From NCBI RefSeq assembly GCF_000317515.1, contig NC_019738.1:1745623-1809622 (forward strand): DNA of 64,000 bases. Direction: 5' to 3'. Numbering within the stretch: position 1 is the first letter of the stretch; every line of letters starts with the position of its first letter. Source of the stretch: Allocoleopsis franciscana PCC 7113 (lineage in GTDB: Bacteria > Cyanobacteriota > Cyanobacteriia > Cyanobacteriales > Coleofasciculaceae). Shown here in pieces: positions 51,023 to 60,670 of the stretch. The notes beneath the pieces were generated by a model. The model saw only the letters and a program-made list of their open reading frames with translations, was not told where the DNA came from and did no database searches. The translations under genes and the position numbers were made by a program.

Positions 51023-52888
51023 ATGGCTCAATTCTTCTTGGAAACGGCTTGGTTAATACCTTGCTATGCGTTGATGGGTTCGATTTTAGCGATACCTTGG
51101 TCTCCTAGCCTTATCCGTCGCACGGGACCTAGACCAGCAGGTTACATCAATGCATTAATGACCCTCGTCGCCTTCTTACACGGTTTAATTGCTTTATCGG
51201 CGACTTGGAATCAACCCGCACAAGAAATACTAATTCCTTGGCTTCAAGTGGTCGATCTCGATCTGACCATTCCCTTGGAATTTTCTTCGATTACCATTGG
51301 CGCGACTCTTGTCATTTCAGGAATAAACCTGCTGGCACAAATCTACGCTATTGGTTACATGGAAATGGATTGGGGTTGGGCACGCTTCTATTCGCTACTG
51401 GCATTATTTGAAGCTGGGATGTGTGCGCTTGTCCTCTGCAACTCGTTGTTTTTCAGCTACATTATTCTGGAAGTCCTCACCCTCGGAACTTACCTCTTAG
51501 TCGGGTTTTGGTTCAATCAGTCTTTAGTGGTTACAGGTGCTAGAGATGCATTCTTAACCAAGCGGGTGGGCGATTTATTTCTGCTGATGGGGGTTATTGC
51601 TCTCTATCCCTTGGCAGGAACCTGGAATTTTTCGGAACTCGCCGAATGGGCAAGTACGGCGAACGTAGACCCAAAAGTTGCGGCGCTATTAGGTTTGGCT
51701 TTAATTGCAGGACCGATGGGCAAATGTGCCCAGTTTCCTCTCCATCTGTGGCTGGATTTAGCAATGGAAGGACCAGTTCCCAGCACGATTTTGCGGAACG
51801 CAGTGGTTGTCTGCACCGGTGCTTGGGTACTCATTAAGCTTGAACCCATTATCGCGCTTTCTCCCTTGGCGGCATCAGCCACATTAATTATTGGTGCCGT
51901 GACAGCGTTGGGCGGTACGATGGTTGCGATCGCGCAAATTGACATCAAACGCACCCTTTCCTATCTGGTTAGCGCTTACATGGGTTTGGTGTTTATTGCC
52001 GTCGGCACTGGACAGAGCGAAACGGCCCTAACATTAATGTTGACCTACGCCGTATCAATGGCTCTGCTGGTCATGAGCATCGGTGGTATTGTCTGGAACA
52101 GCATCACCCAAGATGTTACTAAGTTAGGGGGGCTATGGGCTAAAAGACCAGCTTCGGCATTCTCCTACCTCGTCGGTGCTGCTGGCTTAGTGGCGGTACC
52201 TCCTCTAGGTGGTTTCTTTGCTCTATTGCAAGTAGGCGACCATCTTTCTAGCACTTACCCCTGGTTTCTGGGATTATTGCTACTGGTGAATGGTCTAGCG
52301 ACCTTTAGCTTAACCCGTGTATTCGGCTTAGTGTTTGGCGGCAAACCCAAGCCAATGAGTGAGCGATCGCCCGAAGTTCACTGGCCGATGGCGTTACCCA
52401 TGTTGCTCTTAATGGGCTTTACCCTCCACGTTCCGCTCATCCTCCTGCAATGGCAACTGATACCAGACTGGTCAACCTTGAATACAACGGTTGCTGGCCT
52501 GCTAGTTTTGTCTAGTGCAGTGGGTTGTACTCTTGGGTCATTCATTTATCTCAACAACGGCTTTGCCAAACCCGTGCGCTTTGGCAACAAATCCCTGCAA
52601 GACCTCTTTGCCTACGACTTTTACACCCAGAAGGTTTACCGCTTAACCATTGTATTTGTGGTTGACCTAGTCTCCAGAGCTATTTCCTGGGCTGACCGCT
52701 ATATCGTTGACGGTGTGGTCAATTTAGTAGGGATATTAACCGTATTCAGCGGACAGAGCTTAAAGTACAACGTTTCCGGTCAGACCCAGTTTTATGCCCT
52801 AACGATTCTATTTGGAATAGTGTTGTTTGGAATTGTCGTGAGCTGGCCTTTGTTGGCTCGTCTGTCGCTGATCGTTAATGGCTTTTGA
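51023..52888 (+). CDS. ndhF3: NAD(P)H-quinone oxidoreductase subunit F, CO2-uptake type (NdhF3)
   Basis: MAQFFLETAWLIPCYALMGS... polytopic NuoL/NdhF antiporter-like protein of 621 aa, heading an ndhD3-cupA operon. Confidence 0.8.
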   Translation: MAQFFLETAWLIPCYALMGSILAIPWSPSLIRRTGPRPAGYINALMTLVAFLHGLIALSATWNQPAQEILIPWLQVVDLDLTIPLEFSSITIGATLVISGINLLAQIYAIGYMEMDWGWARFYSLLALFEAGMCALVLCNSLFFSYIILEVLTLGTYLLVGFWFNQSLVVTGARDAFLTKRVGDLFLLMGVIALYPLAGTWNFSELAEWASTANVDPKVAALLGLALIAGPMGKCAQFPLHLWLDLAMEGPVPSTILRNAVVVCTGAWVLIKLEPIIALSPLAASATLIIGAVTALGGTMVAIAQIDIKRTLSYLVSAYMGLVFIAVGTGQSETALTLMLTYAVSMALLVMSIGGIVWNSITQDVTKLGGLWAKRPASAFSYLVGAAGLVAVPPLGGFFALLQVGDHLSSTYPWFLGLLLLVNGLATFSLTRVFGLVFGGKPKPMSERSPEVHWPMALPMLLLMGFTLHVPLILLQWQLIPDWSTLNTTVAGLLVLSSAVGCTLGSFIYLNNGFAKPVRFGNKSLQDLFAYDFYTQKVYRLTIVFVVDLVSRAISWADRYIVDGVVNLVGILTVFSGQSLKYNVSGQTQFYALTILFGIVLFGIVVSWPLLARLSLIVNGF

Positions 52889-52975
52889 AACTCGTTTTGG
52901 TCATGAGTCATTAGTGAATCGTTAATGGCAACTACTAACTACTAACAGCTAACAACGAAAAACAAACAAGAATCT

Positions 52976-54493
52976 ATGCTGAGTACCTTGATTTGGCTAC
53001 CCTTATTAGGAGCTGCAATAATTGGGTTTTTCCCAGGAAATGCAGCGGGGACGCGGATACGTTCTATCGCAATTGCGATCGCCGCCGCTATCTTATTGGT
53101 TACGATTTGGCTTGGTTTTCAGTTTGATATAACCAATTCAGGAATGCAGTTTCAAGAATCTTTGCCCTGGATTCCCCAAATTGGCTTAACCTATAAACTG
53201 GGCGTTGATGGGTTATCCTTTCCCTTACTAGCTCTTAGCAATTTGCTGACATTAATCGTCATCTTTAGCGGTCGGATTGAGCTCGATCGTTCTCGCCTCA
53301 AATACGCTCTAATTCTGCTCGTTAATGCTGGTGTTGCCGGAGCGTTTCTCGCCCAGAATTTACTGCTGTTTCTCCTGTTCTACGAAGTAATCTTAATTCC
53401 CCTCTACCTATTAATTGCAATTTGGGGAGGTGAGAAGCGGGAATATGCAGCGATGAAGTTTCTCATCTATACAGCAGTATCCGGGATTCTGATTCTGGGT
53501 GCATTCTTGGGGATAACGTGGCTTTCCCACTCCACCAGTTTCGACTATGGCGCAATTAACACGCAAGGATTATCCTTAACGGTTCAGCTCATTCTCTTAA
53601 CCGCGATTTTGGTGGGATTTGGGATCAAAATTCCACTGGTTCCCTTGCATACCTGGATGCCAGATGCTTATGTTGAAGCTTCTCCAGTGGTAGCGATTAT
53701 TTTAGGTGGCATGGTTGCTAAGTTGGGAACTTATGGTTTGGTAAGGTTTGGCTTGCAGCTATTTCCCGAAACTTGGGCACTTGTGGCTCCGGGACTATCG
53801 ATTATTGGCGTAATCAGCGTAATGTATGGGGCACTGAGTGCGATCTCGCAAAAAGACATCAAGCGCATGGTCGCTTATAGCTCCATCGGTCACATGGGCT
53901 ATATCGTTGTCGCCGCTGCCGCACTTACGCCATTAAGCCTCTTGGGTGCTGTTTCCCAGATGGTGAGTCACGGTTTAATCCTGGCAATTTTGTTTTATTT
54001 GGTTGGTATTATCGAAGCCAAAGTTGGCACCCGCGACTTGGATGTTCTCAATGGTTTGATGAATCCCACGCGAGGTTTACCCTTAGTCAGCGCCCTCCTC
54101 ATTTTAAGTGGAATGGCTAGCGCCGGAATTCCTGGTTTAGTGGGTTTTGTCGCTGAATTTATGGTGTTCCAAGGCAGTTATCTGGCTTTCCCTTGGCAAA
54201 CGCTGTTGTGTATTTTTGCCTCTGGCTTAACTGCCGTTTACTTCGTGATTTTGCTAAACCGCACCTGCTTTGGCAAACTCGACAACAAAACATCGTACTA
54301 TCCCAAAGTCCTGTTCCCTGAAAAAGCCCCTGCTTTCGTTTTAGCCGCCCTCATCTTGTTACTAGGAATACAACCGACTTGGTTAGTGCGCTGGATGGAG
54401 CCGACTACCACAGCAATTATTGCTGCGGCTTCAACTGGAAATAATCAGCAACTAGCGCTCAACTCTCAGCCAAACGTGGCAACAAACAAATAG
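52976..54493 (+). CDS. ndhD3: NAD(P)H-quinone oxidoreductase subunit D, CO2-uptake type (NdhD3)
   Basis: NuoM/NdhD-like 505-aa membrane protein (WLPDAYVEASPV, KRMVAYSSIGHMG) between ndhF3 and cupA. Confidence 0.8.
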   Translation: MLSTLIWLPLLGAAIIGFFPGNAAGTRIRSIAIAIAAAILLVTIWLGFQFDITNSGMQFQESLPWIPQIGLTYKLGVDGLSFPLLALSNLLTLIVIFSGRIELDRSRLKYALILLVNAGVAGAFLAQNLLLFLLFYEVILIPLYLLIAIWGGEKREYAAMKFLIYTAVSGILILGAFLGITWLSHSTSFDYGAINTQGLSLTVQLILLTAILVGFGIKIPLVPLHTWMPDAYVEASPVVAIILGGMVAKLGTYGLVRFGLQLFPETWALVAPGLSIIGVISVMYGALSAISQKDIKRMVAYSSIGHMGYIVVAAAALTPLSLLGAVSQMVSHGLILAILFYLVGIIEAKVGTRDLDVLNGLMNPTRGLPLVSALLILSGMASAGIPGLVGFVAEFMVFQGSYLAFPWQTLLCIFASGLTAVYFVILLNRTCFGKLDNKTSYYPKVLFPEKAPAFVLAALILLLGIQPTWLVRWMEPTTTAIIAAASTGNNQQLALNSQPNVATNK

Positions 54494-54500
54494 CAAGTCT

Positions 54501-54550
54501 CGCAGGGAATTAATTCCCTGCGTCATAGCTAAAGTCCTCTTAAGAGGACT
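54501..54550 (+). promoter_or_regulatory. Two perfect palindromes in the ndhD3-cupA intercistronic region (cgcagggaattaattccctgcg; agtcctcttaagaggact)
   Basis: A 22-bp and an 18-bp perfect inverted repeat start 8 nt after the ndhD3 stop. They are not followed by a U-run on the sense strand, so they are more likely processing/stability or protein-binding elements than terminators. Confidence 0.5.
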
Positions 54551-54764
54551 AAAAAGCAAAATTTAGGACTATCCAAAAAGTGGATTTGAGTTTTGAAACC
54601 ACAGATATCCAGTGATTACTTAAAGAATTTTTCGGATGGGTTATTAGTCTACTAAAGTGGACTTGAGCTATGAGCCGAGAAATTAATTCCTCAGCTGGTG
54701 AAAGCGATAGGTGCAAGATTGGCAACCAGCAAAATCATCATTCTAAGCAAGAGAAATTAAGACC

Positions 54765-56105
54765 ATGACTACAACTCTAGATAAATCTACGGCCAGTGAA
54801 CCAACTAAACCTAAATTACCCCCTTCTAAGCACGAATTTGCTGATGTCATTCACCGCCTAGAAGCAGGTGGTGCCATGATACCGGATACGCCAGAGAATC
54901 TCATGCAAATTATCGGCATTTGGAAGGCGTATGCTGTACCGATGGATTTTTACTGGCGCGACTTGCTTTATATAGGGGAACGTGTCTTTTTAGATCCCCT
55001 TCCCTTCTTTAAATACTTCCTACCCAAAGAGTATTTAGAACTGCACAATCATTACGCTGGCGATGATGCAGACTTGCGAATTTGGCGGGGAGAAGCCACT
55101 GCTCATCCCGAACTTTTGGAGTTTATCGAGAAGGGTGAAACAGGCAAAATGCCCAAGTTGCTCCATCACTTGTGGCATGACCGGATTAATATGGAGTTCG
55201 CTGAAGCTTGTATGCGGGCGATGCTTTGGCATCGGAATATGTATGCGCCAGTGAATCAATTTGACCCCTACTTAGATTCGGAAGAATACAAAGCCAACGC
55301 AGATAGAGCAATTAAGGCTTACTTTAAGGGCAATCCAGTGATGCTGGGACTCCATAAGATGTTCCCAGAGATGTTTTTGGAGCAGTGCCGTCAGGCGTCT
55401 TATTACAGTAACTTAGGGCTATTCTGGGAAGTGATGGCTCCGGTTTTCTTTGAAGTTTCCGACCTTTATGATGAGGGGAAAATTACAACAGTTCCGGAGG
55501 CGATGAACTTTTTGGTAAATGGAATTTTTGCGATCGCCGGTCGTCCCATTTACCACCACGTCTACATCCGGGGTGAATGCTACGAAATTATCCCCAAATC
55601 GAAGGGCTTCACCTGGTTGTATGAAGCCGCACTTCCTTACGTTGAAGCTGTTTTTTATCGCACTGCACCATTTAGGGGAACGAAATCTTATAATGCTCAA
55701 GCTGGAGAAGTTCCGGACGATCAGAAAGACTTCCACTATGGGGTTCTCTACGCCGATAAATTCCCGGTTGGTACGGCGGGTATTCCTCCCACATTACTGA
55801 TGCAGGATATGCTGCATTTCCTACCTCCTTATCTCAAGGAATTTTATGCCAAGCGTTGTCGGGATGAGGATGATATTTTAAATCAAATTGCGGTAACGTT
55901 CCAGCGATCGATGTACTGTGTTACCTCTGCGGTATTCCAAGCGTTGCGGACGGCGTTGCTTTATCCGTTAGATGACCCAAATCCGAAGCATTTGCAAGCC
56001 AATCGGGCGTTTTTTGAGGCGCAATTGGATCGGTTCTGTCGTCCGGAGTATGGGATGCGGAATGCGGCGCGTTTAGGGGCTATTCAGACGGCGGATTATC
56101 GGTAG
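54765..56105 (+). CDS. cupA: CO2 hydration protein CupA/ChpY
   Basis: 446 aa with HRLEAGGAMIPDTPENLMQIIGIWKAYAVP...WHDRINMEFAEACMRAM, typical of the ChpY/CupA family. Position after ndhF3-ndhD3. Confidence 0.85.
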   Translation: MTTTLDKSTASEPTKPKLPPSKHEFADVIHRLEAGGAMIPDTPENLMQIIGIWKAYAVPMDFYWRDLLYIGERVFLDPLPFFKYFLPKEYLELHNHYAGDDADLRIWRGEATAHPELLEFIEKGETGKMPKLLHHLWHDRINMEFAEACMRAMLWHRNMYAPVNQFDPYLDSEEYKANADRAIKAYFKGNPVMLGLHKMFPEMFLEQCRQASYYSNLGLFWEVMAPVFFEVSDLYDEGKITTVPEAMNFLVNGIFAIAGRPIYHHVYIRGECYEIIPKSKGFTWLYEAALPYVEAVFYRTAPFRGTKSYNAQAGEVPDDQKDFHYGVLYADKFPVGTAGIPPTLLMQDMLHFLPPYLKEFYAKRCRDEDDILNQIAVTFQRSMYCVTSAVFQALRTALLYPLDDPNPKHLQANRAFFEAQLDRFCRPEYGMRNAARLGAIQTADYR

Positions 56106-56106
56106 G

Positions 56107-56166
56107 AAGATCCCCCCAACCCTCAATAACATCATATTCCCCCCTTGATAAGGGGGGTTAGGGGGT
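56107..56166 (+). repeat. Third copy of the AGATCCCCCC-type palindromic mini-repeat (gatccccccaaccctc...ttccccccttgataaggggggttagggggtaa), immediately after the cupA stop
   Basis: Same hairpin-plus-AGGGGGTA architecture as the two cobN insertions. Confidence 0.8.
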
Positions 56167-56650
56167 AAAGCGATCACATCTCAAACAAACAGAAAACCTT
56201 ATTCCCGCAGACTGGAAGTCTGGGGCTATACAAACGAAGCCTGCCTCCGCAGGCTCTAAAACTTTTGTTTTCCCTAGGGATTGAGTGACTCTATCGGAGA
56301 TAAGCCTTGATGGGGATTTTGAGCTACATTCAAAATAGTCTCTTGTGTCTTATTTTTGGTTTGAGTTTGACAAGATTCTAGGAGAGATTTATATAGATTT
56401 TTCACTTCCTGCTTCTGAGAAATATGATAAGGAAAATTGCGAATAGAATATCTTTGTGTCGAGGATGAAGGTGAATGCTTTCTAGAGGGGAAATACGGAA
56501 TTATTTTGCTGCCTCAAAAAGTGTTTCCGTGATTATACGGTTGTTATCTCTGGCGAGAGGCGATCGCACTTTAAACTTCTGGCTGGTAGCAATTTCTGTT
56601 TGATGCTAGTGAAAGAGGGAGAAAAAGCGATCGCCCACAACTCCCAAATC

Positions 56651-57478
56651 TCAATTCAGCATTTCAGCATCAATTCCCAAAGCTTGAAGTTGTTCCGGAG
56701 TGAGCGATTTAAGCCGCTGTGCCAACTGCTGCCGCTTTTGCTGCTCTTGCTCTAACTGTTGCAAGGCTTGCTCTTTCTCCTGGCGCTCAATATCTACTTG
56801 CTCATGTCCCGTTAACAACAAATTTCCATCTAAGTCCCACCAACGCAACCAGAGTTGTTCTGGGTTATTCAAGAAGATTCCCCGCCACACTCCCAACTCT
56901 ACTTGCATCGGAGTAATGGAATAGTGTCCCCGCTCATTGGGAGTCATCCTCTCATAGGAGGTATTAACCAAGTGATACATCTCCAGAGTGCCGTGGCTAA
57001 CTATATAGATGCCATAGTAAGGAATTCGCATCACCCGCTCGTAGACCCAAAACTTACCCGGTTTTGTGACTTCTCCCATTTCAGAGCGAGATAACGGAGT
57101 TCTATCTCGTTCCTCACTGCCATCACCAGAGGCAAACTCTAAGGCAATGGTAGGTGTAATGTACTCTCGCCACAGCACATAGGAGCGGCGAATTACACCA
57201 TCTAATCGAGGTGGCACATTCGGCACATAAAACCAGTCAGGTGCCTCTGCTCCTTTCTCCGGTGGTTCAGTCTCTCGCCAGTAAATACCGCAATCTTGTC
57301 CAATGCAATATTGTCCATCTGGATGCAGTCGTTGCAAGGTGGAATTGATTGAATCCGTCAGAATCAGGCTTTGGGGATGCTCCTGAAAATTTTTCACGAA
57401 ACTACCATCGGATTCTGGCAACTGAGTATGGTCGGGGAATGGAGGTGGTAGAGCAATTTCATTTAGTATCTCAGTCAT
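56651..57478 (-). CDS. Uma2-family (DUF820) endonuclease with C-terminal coiled-coil extension
   Basis: N-terminal ...SDGSFVKNFQEHPQSLILTDSINSTLQRL... and the PD-(D/E)xK-like core IALEFASGD; C-terminal Q/E-rich coiled coil ending LGIDAEMLN. Homologous to the fragments at 48417-48641 and 63574-63969. Confidence 0.7.
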   Translation of the reverse strand: MTEILNEIALPPPFPDHTQLPESDGSFVKNFQEHPQSLILTDSINSTLQRLHPDGQYCIGQDCGIYWRETEPPEKGAEAPDWFYVPNVPPRLDGVIRRSYVLWREYITPTIALEFASGDGSEERDRTPLSRSEMGEVTKPGKFWVYERVMRIPYYGIYIVSHGTLEMYHLVNTSYERMTPNERGHYSITPMQVELGVWRGIFLNNPEQLWLRWWDLDGNLLLTGHEQVDIERQEKEQALQQLEQEQQKRQQLAQRLKSLTPEQLQALGIDAEMLN

Positions 57479-57736
57479 ATCAGAGATGAATATTGCAGCA
57501 ACTTACTACTACCATCTTGCCCAATCTACCAAGTTTAGGCTTGCAATCGCCTTGGCTTCAGCTATCTGGAGTACAGGGGATTTTTTAGTAAATCCCCTAG
57601 AACTTTTTCATCCGAGTATCACAAACTGGCGGAGAATTACTCTTTAGAAACTGGTAGCTGATAACTGATTTCCATCGCTTCGGTATGTCATTTTTGGACG
57701 GAACACGAAAAATTCTCTACTTAATCGAAGGTTCAC

Positions 57737-58138
57737 CTATCCCATCAGAATTACTGTATCAATAACATGAATGACACCGTTATCAGCTTCGATATCTGCG
57801 GCTAGAACCGTGGCATTTTTTACCTCAAAACCATCAGAGGTATCAATCCTAATCGATGAACCTTCAACAGAGGTAACTGAATCCACTTTTTCCAAATCAG
57901 CTTTTGTTAACTTGCCAGAGACGACGTGATACTTCAAAATTCGAGTTAGCTGAGGAATGTTCTGCACGAGGGTTTGTATTGTTCCCGGTGGGAGTTTGGC
58001 AAAAGCATCGTCATTCGGTGCAAAGACAGTAAAAGGGCCGGGACTTTTCAGTGTCTCTACTAATCCAGCCGCTTTGACAGCGGTTACTAGAGTCTCGAAA
58101 GAACCCGCGCTAACCGCAATATCAACAATATCAGGCAC
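57737..58138 (-). CDS. Fasciclin (FAS1) domain protein
   Basis: [43 protein letters not shown]...YHVV...TSVEG...AT are the FAS1 H1/H2 signature blocks in a 133-aa single-domain protein. Confidence 0.85.
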   Translation of the reverse strand: MPDIVDIAVSAGSFETLVTAVKAAGLVETLKSPGPFTVFAPNDDAFAKLPPGTIQTLVQNIPQLTRILKYHVVSGKLTKADLEKVDSVTSVEGSSIRIDTSDGFEVKNATVLAADIEADNGVIHVIDTVILMG

Positions 58139-58304
58139 TTATTTATCCTCAGTTAAAAATGGCTAAAAATCTAATTTATTATTTTACTGGTTAAGGCACA
58201 CAGAAAGCTGTTTTTAGAGATTAATTTTATTGATAAGCTGATAAAGTTTTTGATAAATCTGAATAATTTCTCTTTTGCCCCGAATCCAATAATCATGTAA
58301 ACTA

Positions 58305-59258
58305 TTAGCAATTAGAGAGCGTTTCTAACGCTAACAAGCCAGCCCCATAGGCAGGTTCGTAACGAGGAGAAACTATCTTTACCCCAGGCTTGTGGGTGAC
58401 AAAAGCTGCTTCAAATTGCTCACGCATTAAAGAAAAACCCTGCCATACACTTCCTGTTGTCACCACTTCAACAATGTCGGAAGGGCTAAAAAGGCTATCA
58501 ACAACTACTTGTGTAGCTTTGACTAATTCTTTAACAGCCTCTTCAATAATACCAAGGGCAACCGCGTCTCCTGAGGTCGCTTCTTGAGCCACAATCGGTG
58601 CTAACGCCGCTATGTCTTTAACACTCCACCCTGGCTGATAGATGACATTGACTAACTCTTCTAAACTCGATAAACCGAGATGCTGTTTAAATCGCTCTTG
58701 AAGAGTGGTGGCAGCATCGCATCCATCATAAGCTTTCAGTGCCGATCGCAAACCCGAAATAGCAAGATGATAAGCGCCGCCAGCGTCTCCTAAAAGATGC
58801 CCCCAGCCTCCTACTCGCTTGGTACATCCGGTTGAATTTCGCCCAAAAATAATGGAACCGGTGCCTGCGATCGCAACTACTCCGACACAATGACCCAGTC
58901 CTCCCACTAAGGCAATCAACGCATCGTTCCCAATTACAATCGTTGAGGGTCGCAAAGCCCAAGTGATAGGAAGTGAGTCGCTCAACTGTAACTGTTGTAC
59001 GAAAGTCTCAACGACTTGGATATCGGCGGGGCGATCGACACCGGCTACTCCCAAACAAATGGCTTCAACTGGGACAGCCTGGAAGCTAGCCGTTGCCTGA
59101 GTAATAGCCGATTCAATGGAACACAAAGCCGCTGACTTACCGACACTCTGATAATTAGACGCACCCGCTTCACCCCGTCCCAGCACTTGACCGGTATCGT
59201 TCATGAGGACACAAACTGTTTTGGTTCCTCCCCCATCAATGCCTAACACCAAGCTCAT
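58305..59258 (-). CDS. BadF/BadG/BcrA/BcrD-type ATPase (N-acetylglucosamine kinase-like)
   Basis: LVLGIDGGGTKTVCVL (phosphate-1) and AGTGSI (phosphate-2) motifs of the ASKHA sugar-kinase fold. 317 aa. Confidence 0.75.
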   Translation of the reverse strand: MSLVLGIDGGGTKTVCVLMNDTGQVLGRGEAGASNYQSVGKSAALCSIESAITQATASFQAVPVEAICLGVAGVDRPADIQVVETFVQQLQLSDSLPITWALRPSTIVIGNDALIALVGGLGHCVGVVAIAGTGSIIFGRNSTGCTKRVGGWGHLLGDAGGAYHLAISGLRSALKAYDGCDAATTLQERFKQHLGLSSLEELVNVIYQPGWSVKDIAALAPIVAQEATSGDAVALGIIEEAVKELVKATQVVVDSLFSPSDIVEVVTTGSVWQGFSLMREQFEAAFVTHKPGVKIVSPRYEPAYGAGLLALETLSNC

Positions 59259-59336
59259 GGGACTTTACCCCTTTTACCCAGATTCTCCACCCTCAAGTGT
59301 CACACAAACTAGTGCAGCGTGGCAGAAATAACTATC

Positions 59337-59406
59337 CAGTTGAAAAAGGTTAAAAAGCTTACTGTACAAACTTTCTTGCCTTCTGCCTCCTGCCTTCTTG
59401 CACTAG
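59337..59406. repeat. Copy B of the dispersed repeat of about 75 bp, opposite orientation to copy A, flanked by 11-bp inverted repeats aaactagtgca / tgcactagttt (59307-59317 and 59399-59409)
   Basis: The reverse complement aligns to 32611-32693. It lies in the divergent promoter region between the sugar kinase and the lipoprotein gene. Confidence 0.8.
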
Positions 59407-59596
59407 TTTATGGAAATGGGGAACCCTTATAGTTTTTTCGGGAGTCTATCTATCTATCTTGAGTAGAGGACGCTCTGCGTCTTTACCTGAAAGCCAAGCT
59501 GACATAGGCTATTGCTAGCATAGAAACAGGCAAGGACAAATCTACAGAGAACGCATACAGCAAGGATTTGTTTAAGACAAAAAATTTTGGAGAGAC

Positions 59597-60580
59597 TTGA
59601 TGCAAAAATCATTGTTCGTTGGCTGTCTCGTTCTGCTTATGGCTGGATGCGCCCAAAAGCCTCCCTCTACAACCACCAGTGCTGAAAGTCCGTCCAAGAG
59701 TGCACAGCTTTCCCAGGAGTCCGCCAAAACCCCTGCCGCTGCACAAAGTAACGTCGAACTGATTAATGCCGGAACTGAACCTAAGCAGCAACTGCGTTTC
59801 ACACCTGGGGCGAACACCAAGCAAACGCTACAAATGACTATGGATATGGACATGGCAATGTCTGTAGGAGGGCAAACTCAGCCAGCCTTTGATAGTCCAC
59901 CCATTAAGATGACGATGGAGTCGGAAGTCACAAAAGTGGATGCTAACGGGGATATTCACACAGATTTTTCCTATTCGGATGCAGATGTTGTTGCGGCTAA
60001 GAATACCCCACCTGAACTGGTTAACGCGATGCGATCGCAAGTTAAAAAGCTGGTTGGCTTACGCGGTTCTATGATTGTCGATAACCAGGGAAACACGAAA
60101 CAGGCAAACTTTAATACGCCTGAGACACTCGACCCCAACACGAAAAAAATGGTTGAGCAAATGGTGACTTCCCTCAAGCAACTTTCCTCACCCGTTCCCT
60201 CAGAAGCCGTTGGAGTGGGTGCCAAGTGGAAGATTCCGAACTCGGTTACGGCTAATGGCATGACGATGAATCAGAGTTCCACCTATGAGTTAGTTGATTT
60301 AAAGGATAATGTCGCCTCCTTGCAAGTGAGCATGGAACAGCAGGCAGGAGAACAAAAAATCAACCCACAAGGTTTACCTCCTGGTGCTTCTATTGACCTC
60401 AAATCCATGAATTCTCAAGGCAATGGGAAGCTCAAGTTGGCGTTGAATAAAGTCATGCCCGTTAGTTCCACCATGTCCATGCGTTCTAAGTCACAGATGA
60501 GTGTGAAAGACCCGAACAGTGAAAAATCCACAGCAATGGATATGAATGTATCGGTTGAGATGGCTCTCGAATCTAAGTGA
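59597..60580 (+). CDS. Hypothetical lipoprotein
   Basis: Lipobox LLMAGC after a hydrophobic leader. Ser/Thr/Met-rich mature protein with no recognisable domain. 90 bp upstream of the caspase-like gene. Confidence 0.5.
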   Translation: MMQKSLFVGCLVLLMAGCAQKPPSTTTSAESPSKSAQLSQESAKTPAAAQSNVELINAGTEPKQQLRFTPGANTKQTLQMTMDMDMAMSVGGQTQPAFDSPPIKMTMESEVTKVDANGDIHTDFSYSDADVVAAKNTPPELVNAMRSQVKKLVGLRGSMIVDNQGNTKQANFNTPETLDPNTKKMVEQMVTSLKQLSSPVPSEAVGVGAKWKIPNSVTANGMTMNQSSTYELVDLKDNVASLQVSMEQQAGEQKINPQGLPPGASIDLKSMNSQGNGKLKLALNKVMPVSSTMSMRSKSQMSVKDPNSEKSTAMDMNVSVEMALESK

Positions 60581-60670
60581 TGAGGATGCATTGAGTTTTA
60601 GGGTAGGGGTGCATGGCTGTGCGCCCTTACAGAAGTTTTCTCTTCAAAATACACCCTTTAAAATTAAACA

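Noticed and set aside
56106-56650. Expected cupS gene after cupA
   Set aside because: No ORF of suitable size on the plus strand exists. The region is occupied by the palindromic mini-repeat and non-coding sequence, so cupS is treated as absent from this locus.
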